Below, piece by piece: positions 1 through 9,089 of a stretch of 53,582 nt of DNA. Numbering within the stretch: position 1 is the stretch's first letter; each line of letters opens with the position of its first letter. Below the pieces are notes generated by a model. The model did not search any database. It saw only the letters and a list, made by a program, of their open reading frames with translations, and was not told where the DNA came from. The position numbers and the translations under genes are program-made. The stretch comes from a virus (lineage: Duplodnaviria > Caudoviricetes): IMG/VR virus record IMGVR_UViG_3300017971_000344, positions 1-53,582 of that record; one strand, 5' to 3'.

Positions 1-30
1 CCGGACTTGCTTCGTTACCCAATTGGTCAT
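1..30 (-). CDS. xxQV-repeat small protein, third copy (5' end only, runs off window)
   Basis: ATG at 30 reads MTNWVTKQVR like the two upstream copies; AGGAG RBS; ATGA overlap with the stop of 27..236. Confidence 0.6.
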   Translation of the reverse strand, partial: MTNWVTKQVR

Positions 31-236
31 CGGTTTCTCCTGAGCTGCCACCAGACTTGCCACCAGACTTGCTCCCGGACTTGCCCCCAGACTTGCCCCC
101 AGACTTGCCTACCGACTTGCCTATCGACTTGCCACCAGACTTGCCACCAGACTTGCCCCCCGACTTGCCACCGGACTTGCCTACGGACTTGCCCTTGGAC
201 TTGCCTTTGGACTTGCTTCGTTACCCAATTGGTCAT
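27..236 (-). CDS. xxQV tetrapeptide-repeat small protein
   Basis: MTNWVTKQV followed by xxQV repeats; GGAG RBS; ATGA coupling on both sides. Confidence 0.65.
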   Translation of the reverse strand: MTNWVTKQVQRQVQGQVRRQVRWQVGGQVWWQVWWQVDRQVGRQVWGQVWGQVREQVWWQVWWQLRRNR

Positions 237-430
237 CTGTTGCTCCCGACTTGCCCCCAGACTCGCCAGTAGACTTGCCCCCGGACCTGCCTCTCGACTC
301 GCCTACTGACTTGCCCCCAGACTTGCCTACCGACTTGCCTATCGACTTGCCACCAGACTTGCCTGTTGACTTGCCCCCGGACTTGCCCACTGACTTGCCC
401 CCGGACTTGCTTCGTTACCCAATTGGTCAT
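233..430 (-). CDS. xxQV tetrapeptide-repeat small protein
   Basis: Start moved to ATG 430 (GGAG RBS, same MTNWVTKQV N-terminus as the next copies). Confidence 0.65.
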   Translation of the reverse strand: MTNWVTKQVRGQVSGQVRGQVNRQVWWQVDRQVGRQVWGQVSRRVERQVRGQVYWRVWGQVGSNR

Positions 431-489
431 CGGTTTCTCCAGAACAACATATCGGAAAGGTATCACGAAGGCTGGTGGTTGTCAATACA

Positions 490-1059
490 TCACTTGAACG
501 TGATGATTTGACCTGGCTGTGCGTTGAATCCGGATGTGCGCGCTTCTTTGGTAGGCTGTTCCTTCTGCCCCATCTCGCTAGCGAAGTCTTTTGTTCGACG
601 TAACGCTACCTGAGACGCAACCAGCAGGTGTTTACATAATCCCGGCTTTCGTTGGGGATTTTTGATGTCGGGCGGCTTATTGATGATCTTGGTGCCTCGC
701 TCTGAGTAGCCTGCCGAAATGGTGCTGCAGCCTATCTGCGTCAGCACCCACTCCAACCGATACGCGAAGTCTTCGCAACTACACCATACCCACACAGGCG
801 TTTTAGGATCAGGAGGCCCGTAGAACCTGATGTAGGTGTATCGTTTGATGCCGGATGGACACACAACACTGCAGCGAGCTTCGTTGTAGTAGATTGGATT
901 TTTGGGTCTGGACCGCTGAAAACCCTTGCGTGAACCTGCTCCGTACTGCTGTGCTGTCACCCGGCACTCTCCTTTACGGCTGTAGTACTCTCGCGGTGTC
1001 ATGTTGGCCAGTCGGTGCAGGTTGCTACGAGGCAAATCAAACTGTTTCTGTTGAGTCAT
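490..1059 (-). CDS. SWIM zinc-finger protein
   Basis: WCSCEDF...PGLCKHL (CxC...CxH); AGGAG RBS. Confidence 0.75.
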   Translation of the reverse strand: MTQQKQFDLPRSNLHRLANMTPREYYSRKGECRVTAQQYGAGSRKGFQRSRPKNPIYYNEARCSVVCPSGIKRYTYIRFYGPPDPKTPVWVWCSCEDFAYRLEWVLTQIGCSTISAGYSERGTKIINKPPDIKNPQRKPGLCKHLLVASQVALRRTKDFASEMGQKEQPTKEARTSGFNAQPGQIITFK

Positions 1060-1075
1060 TTTTATCTCCTACGCA

Positions 1076-1104
1076 AGTTTTACACTAATTGTCGGGTGTA
1101 AAAC
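1076..1104. promoter_or_regulatory. Divergent pair of TGTAAAAC motifs
   Basis: GTTTTACAC (1077-1085) and GTGTAAAAC (1096-1104) lie between divergent genes; the motif recurs upstream of other genes. Confidence 0.55.
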
Positions 1105-1139
1105 CTACCTTGATATTAAAGGATAACTTGGAGACGCCG

Positions 1140-2525
1140 GTGGCCGATAAATTTGAAAACTTCAACCGACATGCCGAACAGCTCCAGCAGTACCCGATGT
1201 TGGCCAGTCACGAACTGGAAGGCTACTTTCGCCGCATCGACGAGCTACTCGCACTGGGCGTTCGCGCGCTCTTGGAAACCACTCACTTCGCCGAAGACAA
1301 CGTCTGTTTTCGTTTGGCTGAGATTGTAGCTGGTAGAACCAAGGCTAAAGTCCATCGCGGCCGTTTTACTAAGGATCGAAAAGCAGCCGGTTTAGGTATC
1401 ACCATCGGAGCCGGACACCAAAAAATTCTCTCAGTGGGTTTTGATTTGTTTAAGCTCAGCCGAGCCTCGAGAGACCTCGCAGCTCCTTTGGTCCTCCGCG
1501 TCTTCCGTAGTCTTCGTCTCCAAAACATCATCTACGAACACATCCTCCGCGCTTTTGTTACCGAGACAAACGATTACCGGGATGTTTGCGTTCAACTGGC
1601 TTTACATCAGCAGTACCTCAGACAAGCCGAAGAACAAAACCGAGACGACTTGGTTGATCGCATGCAGACTATCAGTAGGTTGATCGACCAGAAAGAGTTG
1701 ATTGAGTGCCGCATTGGCTGTATGGATTCAAATACACTGTTCGGTACGGTGGCGTTGCTTCATCGCTACGTCGAGCAGATAGACAAAATTCAAGACACGT
1801 TGGTCAAAGCATATCTCCGCAGCATCCCCAAGATAGTGCGTGAGTTTGCTCGCTCCGATTTGGATGCAATGGACATCTTCCAGGCCGGTTGTTTCGGTCT
1901 CATGCACGCCGTCAAGGTGTACGACTACCGAAGTCGAGCTGGATTTGCTCGAGTGTCCCGTCAATGGATTAGACAGCGAATTCGTATCTTCTTAAAGGAG
2001 TCTGGCGGTCCCACCGTACGCCTGCCGCCTAACGTCTGGCAAGATTACCAGCGCTACACTAACGCGGAAAAAGAACTTCGAGCCGAGCGCCCCGGTGACG
2101 TTGTCCTTAGATCTGATGTAGCTGATAGACTAGGCTGGAGTATTGACAAGGTAGAGCAAACTATCGAAAAGGTCGCGATGTGTCAGATTGTTTCTTTGGA
2201 CGAAGAAACTGCTGTAGACGCAGATGAGTTCACCGAACGCGAAGCTATCATATCGGATAATAAGGAAGAGGAAGCGGAGTTGCTTCGCCAGCATCAAGAG
2301 CAGGTGAAGAACATTGTACAGCACCTGTCAAAGGAAGACAGGCACCTGATCTGTCTGCGCTACGGCTGTGTCGAACTGATTGACAACGACAAGCTAGACG
2401 CCGACGAGGTAATAGAAGAACTGTACCGTCAGCTAGCGTGTAAGGCACTTGTACAGCAGTTTGTGGCCGAACGTGTTGACGAAGTAAATTCTACTCTGCT
2501 TCCAGCAGATGGTTCGCTTCAGTAA
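1140..2525 (+). CDS. Phage sigma70-family RNA polymerase sigma factor
   Basis: Region 2 DIFQAGCFGLMHAVKVYDYR...WIRQRI, then VRLP and region 3 (VSLDE); GTG 1140 follows GGAG (ORF open from 1089). Confidence 0.85.
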   Translation: MADKFENFNRHAEQLQQYPMLASHELEGYFRRIDELLALGVRALLETTHFAEDNVCFRLAEIVAGRTKAKVHRGRFTKDRKAAGLGITIGAGHQKILSVGFDLFKLSRASRDLAAPLVLRVFRSLRLQNIIYEHILRAFVTETNDYRDVCVQLALHQQYLRQAEEQNRDDLVDRMQTISRLIDQKELIECRIGCMDSNTLFGTVALLHRYVEQIDKIQDTLVKAYLRSIPKIVREFARSDLDAMDIFQAGCFGLMHAVKVYDYRSRAGFARVSRQWIRQRIRIFLKESGGPTVRLPPNVWQDYQRYTNAEKELRAERPGDVVLRSDVADRLGWSIDKVEQTIEKVAMCQIVSLDEETAVDADEFTEREAIISDNKEEEAELLRQHQEQVKNIVQHLSKEDRHLICLRYGCVELIDNDKLDADEVIEELYRQLACKALVQQFVAERVDEVNSTLLPADGSLQ

Positions 2526-2605
2526 CTAAATTCTTGTAAAACCAACTCAACCAAAACCGCACGGCTGATTTGGTCGTGCCAAACTCCACAGGAGGACGCA
2601 TCAAA

Positions 2606-3832
2606 ATGGGTAAGCAGTACAAACGTGGTCAAAGGGCCTGGGGTGAGCAGCCGGGACGACGTAATACCGACAAATGGGATAGTGACGTTGTAAAGCTCGA
2701 TGAACCTGCGATCGGAAAGTTCGCCCTAGTTCGCCCGGTTGGCGGTGTCGTTACGGTCAAGACCCACAACATCCGATTCATCTCTCCCAAGGATGGAAAC
2801 GAAACAGGGTACATGGAGCTGTGTCCCAATTGGGATATCGCAACTCAAGAGGATATTGACGGCGGTTGTAACATCTGTAAGGACTTCCACTACGGTCTTC
2901 AGATCGAAGATCCCAAGTATGAGTTCCTGAAAATGCCCCAGAAGTATCGATACTTGTTTCACGCGTTCCACATAACAAACATCAAGGAGAATAGGGAACC
3001 TTCTTTTGGTTGTGTGGGTACTCACGTGTTGGGTATGCAGGCCATCGAAGAAGTTATGCTGACTCAAGGTTCGATGCCGGATGATCCCGCTAACGGTTAC
3101 TGTCTGACTTGGTTGGTCACTAAACCCAAGGTGGCTAAGTTTAAGAAGGACGTCAAATTCCAATCGGGGCCCAGTATTAAGGTGAAGGACCTAGGTGACG
3201 GTAAGTGGGGCGTCAAAGTAGGCAGCCGTAAGGTCGTGGGCGTAGAGCAGGATTTGATCGCCGCTATCGCGACTCCGCCTAAGCCTGAAGAGCAACATAA
3301 GAAGCTTGTTGACCTGGGTCTTTACTCTCTCTTGAAACGAGTTTCTGGGGATGCCTACTCAGTCGGTGGTTCTGTTGCCGATCACGATGACGAAGACATC
3401 GACGGCACTGATTGGGATGAAGGCGAAGCACCCGCAGACGCTGACGTAGATGATTGGGAAGAAGAGGAAGAGGAAGAGCCCAGTGCTGAATCTTCTTCGG
3501 ACACCCAGGATGATGACGATGACTGGGAGGAAGAAGGTAGTTCTTCTGAAGAAAGCCCTGATGCAGACGATGACTGGGATGCTGATGGTGACGAATCATC
3601 TCCCGAGGACGTGTCTGCTGATGATGACTGGGACGCTGAGGAAGAACCCGAGCCTGAACCAGAACCCGAGCCGCCTAAGAAGAAAAAGAAGGCAGCTGCT
3701 AAGAAGAAGGCAGCTAAGAAGAAAACGGCTTCTAAGAAAAAGAAGGCAGCACCTAAGAAGAAGGCAGCTCCGAAGCCTGAACCAGAATCAGATCCTGATG
3801 CTGATGATTGGGATGATGACGACTGGGACTGA
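2606..3832 (+). CDS. Putative single-stranded DNA-binding protein (gp32-like) with long acidic and Lys/Ala-rich tail
   Basis: CPNW...CNIC motif, acidic DDDW-repeat tail, next to recA; GGAGG RBS before ATG 2606. Confidence 0.5.
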   Translation: MGKQYKRGQRAWGEQPGRRNTDKWDSDVVKLDEPAIGKFALVRPVGGVVTVKTHNIRFISPKDGNETGYMELCPNWDIATQEDIDGGCNICKDFHYGLQIEDPKYEFLKMPQKYRYLFHAFHITNIKENREPSFGCVGTHVLGMQAIEEVMLTQGSMPDDPANGYCLTWLVTKPKVAKFKKDVKFQSGPSIKVKDLGDGKWGVKVGSRKVVGVEQDLIAAIATPPKPEEQHKKLVDLGLYSLLKRVSGDAYSVGGSVADHDDEDIDGTDWDEGEAPADADVDDWEEEEEEEPSAESSSDTQDDDDDWEEEGSSSEESPDADDDWDADGDESSPEDVSADDDWDAEEEPEPEPEPEPPKKKKKAAAKKKAAKKKTASKKKKAAPKKKAAPKPEPESDPDADDWDDDDWD

Positions 3833-3942
3833 TTAAACGCCCGCGGTGCTACGGTGCATTCAGTGATGGTCCTGAATGCACCGAGTGCCGCTGGCTTCCG
3901 TTATGCGTGGACTTGGAATCTGACTTTTGATGGTGGTGATGC

Positions 3943-5112
3943 TTGGCACGTAAAAAGAAAACCAAAACAGAAGAAACTCCCGGGCTCGATGCTGCAGCAG
4001 CAATCCTCGAGACGTTTGATGAGTACAAAGAGGTACGCTGCGTGTCGTTGCAGAAGGGCGGTAGAGTCGAAAACACCGTCAGCACCGGATCTCTTATCTT
4101 GGACTTGATTTTGGGCGGCGGTTTACAGCGCGGTCGTATCGCCGAGATCTACGGTCCTGAGGGGTCTGGCAAAACCACCATCATGTTGAGTACGATCGCG
4201 ATGGGCCAGCGTGCCGGCATTCCTTGTGCGTTCTACGATACCGAACATTCGTTAGACCCGACATACATGAAGACTTTGGGTATCGACCTAGAGTACATGG
4301 TTACCGTTGGTGGTAAGAAGATTCCGGGCTTTTTCTATTCGCAACCGGGCGCTGGAGAGTCCGTCTACATGCACGTACTCAAAACGTTGGATCATATGAA
4401 AGATATTGATCCAGAAGTTCCAGGACCACCTACGGTACTGCTTTGCATCGACAGTTTCGCTGCTATGTTTTCTGAAGCAGAAGACTTGGAGAAGTCCGGC
4501 AAGGGCGGACTTGGTCGAGACGCCCGGATGCATTCTACGTGGTTGAGGCAGCTTAAAGGCAGGCTGCGTGCCAAGGGTGCTTTGTTGTTTGTGACGAACC
4601 AGTTGCGTATGAAACTCAATCTAAAAAACCCAAATCAAAACCCCGAATCGCGCCCTGGCGGGCACGCGATGAAGCACTATGCCGACTACGTAATTCGTGT
4701 ATCTGCTTCTAAGAGTGCCAAAGCTGATGCTCAAGGTTTGGAACGTCAGCACATGTACATTCGTACGGTCAAAAATAAGTGCTTCCCTCCTTTCCGCCAA
4801 TGCGAACACGAGCTAATGTTGGGTAGAGGTCTCGATAAAAAAGAGGACGCAACTCAGTTTCTCAAGGCTATCGGCAGACACGAAGTCCGAGGGTCGTTCC
4901 AGAGAGTCAAACTCAAGCCGTTCGATACCGGGAAAGGCATGGCGTCAGCCAAGTACCGAGAGCTGACAGAGTCGCCCGAATTTAGGGAGTACTGCTTCAA
5001 TATTCTTAGGTCAGAGAAAGCTTACGCAGCGTACTTCAAGCAGTCCAACTACATGAACTACATCTACGATGCAACCAAAGAAGACCTCGCTGATGCGGAG
5101 GTGCCGGAATGA
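3943..5112 (+). CDS. recA: RecA/UvsX recombinase
   Basis: STGSLILDLILGGGLQRGRIAEIYGPEGSGKTT Walker A, LCIDS Walker B, NQLR, VKNK. Confidence 0.95.
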   Translation: MARKKKTKTEETPGLDAAAAILETFDEYKEVRCVSLQKGGRVENTVSTGSLILDLILGGGLQRGRIAEIYGPEGSGKTTIMLSTIAMGQRAGIPCAFYDTEHSLDPTYMKTLGIDLEYMVTVGGKKIPGFFYSQPGAGESVYMHVLKTLDHMKDIDPEVPGPPTVLLCIDSFAAMFSEAEDLEKSGKGGLGRDARMHSTWLRQLKGRLRAKGALLFVTNQLRMKLNLKNPNQNPESRPGGHAMKHYADYVIRVSASKSAKADAQGLERQHMYIRTVKNKCFPPFRQCEHELMLGRGLDKKEDATQFLKAIGRHEVRGSFQRVKLKPFDTGKGMASAKYRELTESPEFREYCFNILRSEKAYAAYFKQSNYMNYIYDATKEDLADAEVPE

Positions 5113-5288
5113 CAGTTTGGCGTACCGACGAAACAGGACGGCCGATCTGCTGGACCAGCGATGCAACAGCAAACTACAAGTCAGACCATCAGTTAAACGA
5201 TCGTGATGAAGTGCTTGATTATGTCAATAAGGCGGACCAACGCATCATCAAATTGATCTTGAAGTATATTCGGTCGTTGGAGCAGTAA
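5109..5288 (+). CDS. Hypothetical protein (59 aa, below ORF-track cutoff)
   Basis: ATGA overlap with the recA stop; fills the gap to the next gene. Confidence 0.6.
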   Translation: MTVWRTDETGRPICWTSDATANYKSDHQLNDRDEVLDYVNKADQRIIKLILKYIRSLEQ

Positions 5289-5290
5289 CG

Positions 5291-6058
5291 ATGTCGAAGC
5301 GCCGCATCTCAAAAAAGTCCGGTTGGGTAGACCCTTGCAGTTTACCCAAAGGACCCAATGGGCGTGCGCTTTGCCGTTTTTGTTATCGAGAAGTACCTCG
5401 TGGCCGTAGAACTTTCTGTAGCGACGTTTGTGTACACCACCACAAACTGCGTACGCGCCCTGCTTACGTTCGTCAGTGTTTGGCTAAACGGGACAAAGGT
5501 GTGTGCGCAGTTTGTGGTCTGGACACGCAGACTACAGCTCGACAGATGACGGCAAATAGGCCTGGTGGGGTGCAGCAACGTAAAGAGTGGGAAAGAGATT
5601 TTGAGGCCAAACTAGGAGCGGCTCCGGGATCAAGAAGGTACTTTAGATACTGGGACGCCGACCACATCAAACCGGTCGCAGAGGGTGGTGGCGAGTGTGG
5701 TCTAGGCAATTACCAGACTCTTTGCATACTGTGTCATAAAAAGAAAACAGCAGAACAGCATACACGTGCCGCACAGCAGCGGCACCAAGCAGAGGAGACA
5801 CCGATGGCTAACGAAAAACCTAACGCGAAAGAACTACAAGATCGACTCAAAGAGTGGATGACCGACTCAGACAACAACCCGCACCGGCTCGTCAGTGCGA
5901 GTAAATTGGCCGAGCTGGCTAAGGCGATGGATCCAGACATCCGCGGCGCCAAGAAGATTCAAGCCAAGTTGGTTCGTGAAGTAGCGCTGATGCTCAAAAA
6001 AGCCATGATGCGTTGCTACGACAATAAACGTGCAACGCTCCGCGACTCCGACATCTAA
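5291..6058 (+). CDS. HNH endonuclease fused in-frame to a C-terminal histone-fold domain
   Basis: CRFC..FCSDVC, RDKGVCAVCG, WDADHIKPVAEGGG...NYQTLCILCHKKKT. Confidence 0.85.
   Translation: MSKRRISKKSGWVDPCSLPKGPNGRALCRFCYREVPRGRRTFCSDVCVHHHKLRTRPAYVRQCLAKRDKGVCAVCGLDTQTTARQMTANRPGGVQQRKEWERDFEAKLGAAPGSRRYFRYWDADHIKPVAEGGGECGLGNYQTLCILCHKKKTAEQHTRAAQQRHQAEETPMANEKPNAKELQDRLKEWMTDSDNNPHRLVSASKLAELAKAMDPDIRGAKKIQAKLVREVALMLKKAMMRCYDNKRATLRDSDI
5804..6058 (+). CDS. Putative bacterial-type histone (84 aa), internal in-frame start
   Basis: GAGGAG RBS before ATG 5804; LVSASKLAELAK...DIRG...long helix...AMMRCYDNKRATLRDSDI matches the histone-fold R-x-T-x-x-x-x-D signature. Confidence 0.65.
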   Translation: MANEKPNAKELQDRLKEWMTDSDNNPHRLVSASKLAELAKAMDPDIRGAKKIQAKLVREVALMLKKAMMRCYDNKRATLRDSDI

Positions 6059-6067
6059 GAGCCACCC

Positions 6068-7075
6068 GTGACCAGATTCATCCATACGGCGGATCTGCAT
6101 CTTAATGCGCAGCGCCGCCAATTTCCGAACTACTTGTTGCGGGCGTCGTGGTTGCTCGCTGAGATTGAAGACCTAGCAGTCGAACAGCGGTGTGACTGTA
6201 TAGTGGTAGCGGGAGATATCTTCGAGCAACCCAACACCACTATCGCAGAACGCCAGTTGTTGTCTGACTGGCTAGGTCGACTATCGATACCCATTTTGAT
6301 GATCAGCGGAAACCACGACGCCCGTAGCCATACCATCGGCGACACTTGCATCAGTTACTTATCGTCACTTAAGTTGCACCTTCATTTGATTCATGATGGT
6401 GACCCAAGGATAGTTAACGCCTTTGGTTGCTATTGGTTACTTTTCCCGTATCACGGATGGACCGATCAAGAGCTTCGCTTGATCGTACGTACGATGGTAC
6501 ACAGAATTCGCCTCAAGAAGCCTGATGTACCTATCGTAGCGGTGATGCATGAGGCCGTCAAAGGAGCAGTAACGGAGCGGAACATAGAAGTAAAGCAATC
6601 GGAACAAATAACGCTGATACCGGAACTTGGTCCGACCTACTGGGCGCTGGGAGATATCCATACGCCTCAGCAAATACTACCTAACGCATACTACTGTGGC
6701 GCACCCTATCAGGTTAACTTTGGTGAGTTTGCTGATCAGAAAGGTGTTTTGCTGGTTGATACCGATGACCCGGAGCATCCGCAGCAGGTTTTCTTCGATT
6801 GCCCATACCCACTGGTAACGCTGCGAGAACCACCCAAAGAATGGCCTCTGTTTGGTCGCTACGACGGTGAGTGGGACGATAGTATACCTGAGCATATTCT
6901 GTACCGACCTACTCAAGCAGAGCCTACACCTGAGATAGAACTACAGCGAGCTAGGGTGCCGTTGCTGCATCGATTGGAAGAAAAACTAATCGAGCAGCAG
7001 CATCCGGAAGAACTACTTCAAATGACCATCGACATGGCTACTAAGATGGTGGAGGATTTGAGTCTTGAAGCATAA
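6068..7075 (+). CDS. sbcD: SbcD/Mre11-like metallophosphoesterase nuclease
   Basis: HTADLH, VAGDIF, SGNHD, ALGDIH motifs. Confidence 0.9.
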   Translation: MTRFIHTADLHLNAQRRQFPNYLLRASWLLAEIEDLAVEQRCDCIVVAGDIFEQPNTTIAERQLLSDWLGRLSIPILMISGNHDARSHTIGDTCISYLSSLKLHLHLIHDGDPRIVNAFGCYWLLFPYHGWTDQELRLIVRTMVHRIRLKKPDVPIVAVMHEAVKGAVTERNIEVKQSEQITLIPELGPTYWALGDIHTPQQILPNAYYCGAPYQVNFGEFADQKGVLLVDTDDPEHPQQVFFDCPYPLVTLREPPKEWPLFGRYDGEWDDSIPEHILYRPTQAEPTPEIELQRARVPLLHRLEEKLIEQQHPEELLQMTIDMATKMVEDLSLEA

Positions 7076-7325
7076 GATGCTTTTGTTGAGTTTGACGGTT
7101 GCGTTCGTAGCTGCTTTGTTGCTGGCTACTTTGGTGTCTGGGTGTCACAGGTGTAAAACTGGAACCATGCGGTGTAGTGGTACCGAAGTGCAACTGTGCG
7201 CGCCCAACCACCAATGGAAGACCGTGGTTGATTGCAGTAAACTCAAACGGACCAAAAAGAAACACGTGTGCGTGAAGCTGCAAGAGAACCGATGTAGTTG
7301 TCGTGCTGAGGAGACTGCCAAATGA
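7065..7325 (+). CDS. Small Cys-rich putative lipoprotein
   Basis: Hydrophobic signal peptide ending VSGC (lipobox-like); several Cys. Confidence 0.6.
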   Translation: MKHKMLLLSLTVAFVAALLLATLVSGCHRCKTGTMRCSGTEVQLCAPNHQWKTVVDCSKLKRTKKKHVCVKLQENRCSCRAEETAK

Positions 7326-7915
7326 GCCTGACACCTGAATTGGTAAAAGAGTTCTACCGAGACGGCTTACGGTCTTATGGAGCCCGCATTAAGTCTAAAA
7401 AAGACAGCGACATGATGGTGGCGGTTTCCCGGTTTCTTGATCTGATCAAAGTGCAGGATAAGGAGATGTTCCTTAACAGCTTCACTACCACGATCTTCGA
7501 TACCATCTATGTACCATACGAGGTTGGAGTAGAGGGTGATTACGATTTGTGGGATCAGGTGACAACGCTGGTGCATGAGTTGGTGCACGTGACTCAGCAT
7601 GACGCCGACAAGTTAGGCTTTTGGTTAAAGTACCTGGCCAGCGGTTCTGATCGTGCACACTACGAGGCACAAGCTTACGGCGCCGATCTCGAGATGCACA
7701 TCTGGCGAAAAGGCGAACCATACGATTTGAAGACCACTGCGGGGTATCTAGATCACTATGGACTCGAGCAAGAGCACATTGACTTCTGTTATGTCGAGCT
7801 GCTTACGATCAACGACATCATCCAGAACACCGACGCTGCCGTTAATCCTGTAGCTGCTTGGGCGATGGATTGGCTGGAGCAGCGTGTTCCTGAAATGAAA
7901 TACACGGAGGCGTAA
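7322..7915 (+). CDS. Zincin-like metallopeptidase domain protein
   Basis: LVHELVHVTQ...YEAQAY. Confidence 0.65.
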   Translation: MSLTPELVKEFYRDGLRSYGARIKSKKDSDMMVAVSRFLDLIKVQDKEMFLNSFTTTIFDTIYVPYEVGVEGDYDLWDQVTTLVHELVHVTQHDADKLGFWLKYLASGSDRAHYEAQAYGADLEMHIWRKGEPYDLKTTAGYLDHYGLEQEHIDFCYVELLTINDIIQNTDAAVNPVAAWAMDWLEQRVPEMKYTEA

Positions 7916-7958
7916 CGATGTCTGATTTGAACTGGCTGAGCAGTAGAAAGGCAGCAGA

Positions 7959-9086
7959 ATGGACCTAGTTAACAAGTATCGCCCGACCAAGCTCAGTCAG
8001 GTGATAGGGCAGCCTGACGCTGTAATGACCATTAGAGGCGTTCTGCGGCGGCGCGAGGAAGTCAACCCGGTGACGTTGTTTTGTGGTCCGTACTCGTCCG
8101 GCAAAACCACACTGGCTTGGATGTTGGCTCTGTACGCCAACTGTAGCGAGCCTGGCGAGGACGGAGAAGCTTGTCGTAAGTGTGATTCTTGCCTCAACAT
8201 CATCAAAGCAATCAAAGAAGGTACTGACGGTCGGTCAGTCATCGAGAAACCGGTATCGGAGCGAGGTATCGACGCCATCCGTTCGCTCGAAACGCAGGCT
8301 CGGTACGCATGCCAGGACCGCTACCGTTGGTTCATCATCGACGAGGTGCACAATCTAACCAAACCAGCGTTTGACGCTGCGCTTCGCTTGTTTGAAAAGC
8401 CTCCCAAACAGGCACGGTTTATTCTTTGCACCACAGAACCAGAGACGCTACCAGGCACAATCCGCAGCCGTAACTTCATCTTTGAGTTACAGAAAATTGA
8501 GCCTGCTACGACGGCCAAGAGGTTGCTGTGGCCTGTCTGCAAGCAAGAGAAGTTCAAAGTAAGCAGAGATGTACTGCTGAAGATCGCCGACAAGGTAGAC
8601 GGCCATCCGCGTGATGCGCTCAATCTGCTGTCTCAGTGGGTAGCGGCTATAGAAGGCGGGGCGGAGCCTAAAGACGTTTCTCGTATGATGGCCAAACTGG
8701 ATACCGCAGCCCCCTACGAAGCCATTCGACACTACTGTAAGGCTATTCTGCACGGCAAGGTAGGCAAAGCTCTATACGTTCTTCAGTATACCAAGGGTCA
8801 TGAGTACGTTATCGGTCGTGTCATCGAAATGCTGCAGCAGGTTTTGTATCGGTGGGTGCACGCAGACCATCTGGCTGATCCACGTTTCGAACAAGATATT
8901 TTGGCTATCGATCCTCCTATGCCAAATGACAATAAAATCAAACGTCAATACATAGTAGATATGGGTAAGGTGCTGCAGGTGTGCTTAGACGCGCAAGATC
9001 GCATTAAGCAGTATCGGTGCAACAACCAAGCTGTGCTGGAAGCAGCAGCAATCGATATTTCAACCATCACAGCATCATGGAAATGA
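7959..9086 (+). CDS. dnaX: DNA polymerase III gamma/tau-like clamp loader ATPase
   Basis: KYRP, GPYSSGKTT, C..C..C Zn motif, IIDEVH, TIRSR, GHPRDAL. Confidence 0.9.
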   Translation: MDLVNKYRPTKLSQVIGQPDAVMTIRGVLRRREEVNPVTLFCGPYSSGKTTLAWMLALYANCSEPGEDGEACRKCDSCLNIIKAIKEGTDGRSVIEKPVSERGIDAIRSLETQARYACQDRYRWFIIDEVHNLTKPAFDAALRLFEKPPKQARFILCTTEPETLPGTIRSRNFIFELQKIEPATTAKRLLWPVCKQEKFKVSRDVLLKIADKVDGHPRDALNLLSQWVAAIEGGAEPKDVSRMMAKLDTAAPYEAIRHYCKAILHGKVGKALYVLQYTKGHEYVIGRVIEMLQQVLYRWVHADHLADPRFEQDILAIDPPMPNDNKIKRQYIVDMGKVLQVCLDAQDRIKQYRCNNQAVLEAAAIDISTITASWK

Positions 9087-9089
9087 CGA

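Larger units (their letters stand above)
1..440. repeat. Nested repeat: ~200-bp units made of 12-bp GACTTG-containing subrepeats
   Basis: 1-40 is identical to 401-440; a 29-nt core recurs at 209-237; 12-nt periodic gacttg between them. Confidence 0.95.

Noticed and set aside
1-440. CRISPR array
   Set aside because: Spacers are about 165-175 nt and are themselves 12-bp repeats in open frames with RBSs; no cas genes in the window
1-440. Diversity-generating retroelement
   Set aside because: No reverse transcriptase in the window, and variation is not visibly adenine-specific
7-511. Plus-strand LPPD / TCxQ repeat ORFs
   Set aside because: Alternative frames of the repeat; only the minus xxQV frame has an RBS and ATGA coupling in every unit
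3928-3942. Stop-codon reassignment (in-frame TGAs before recA)
   Set aside because: TGA, TAG and TAA all end well-defined genes, and long genes are uninterrupted
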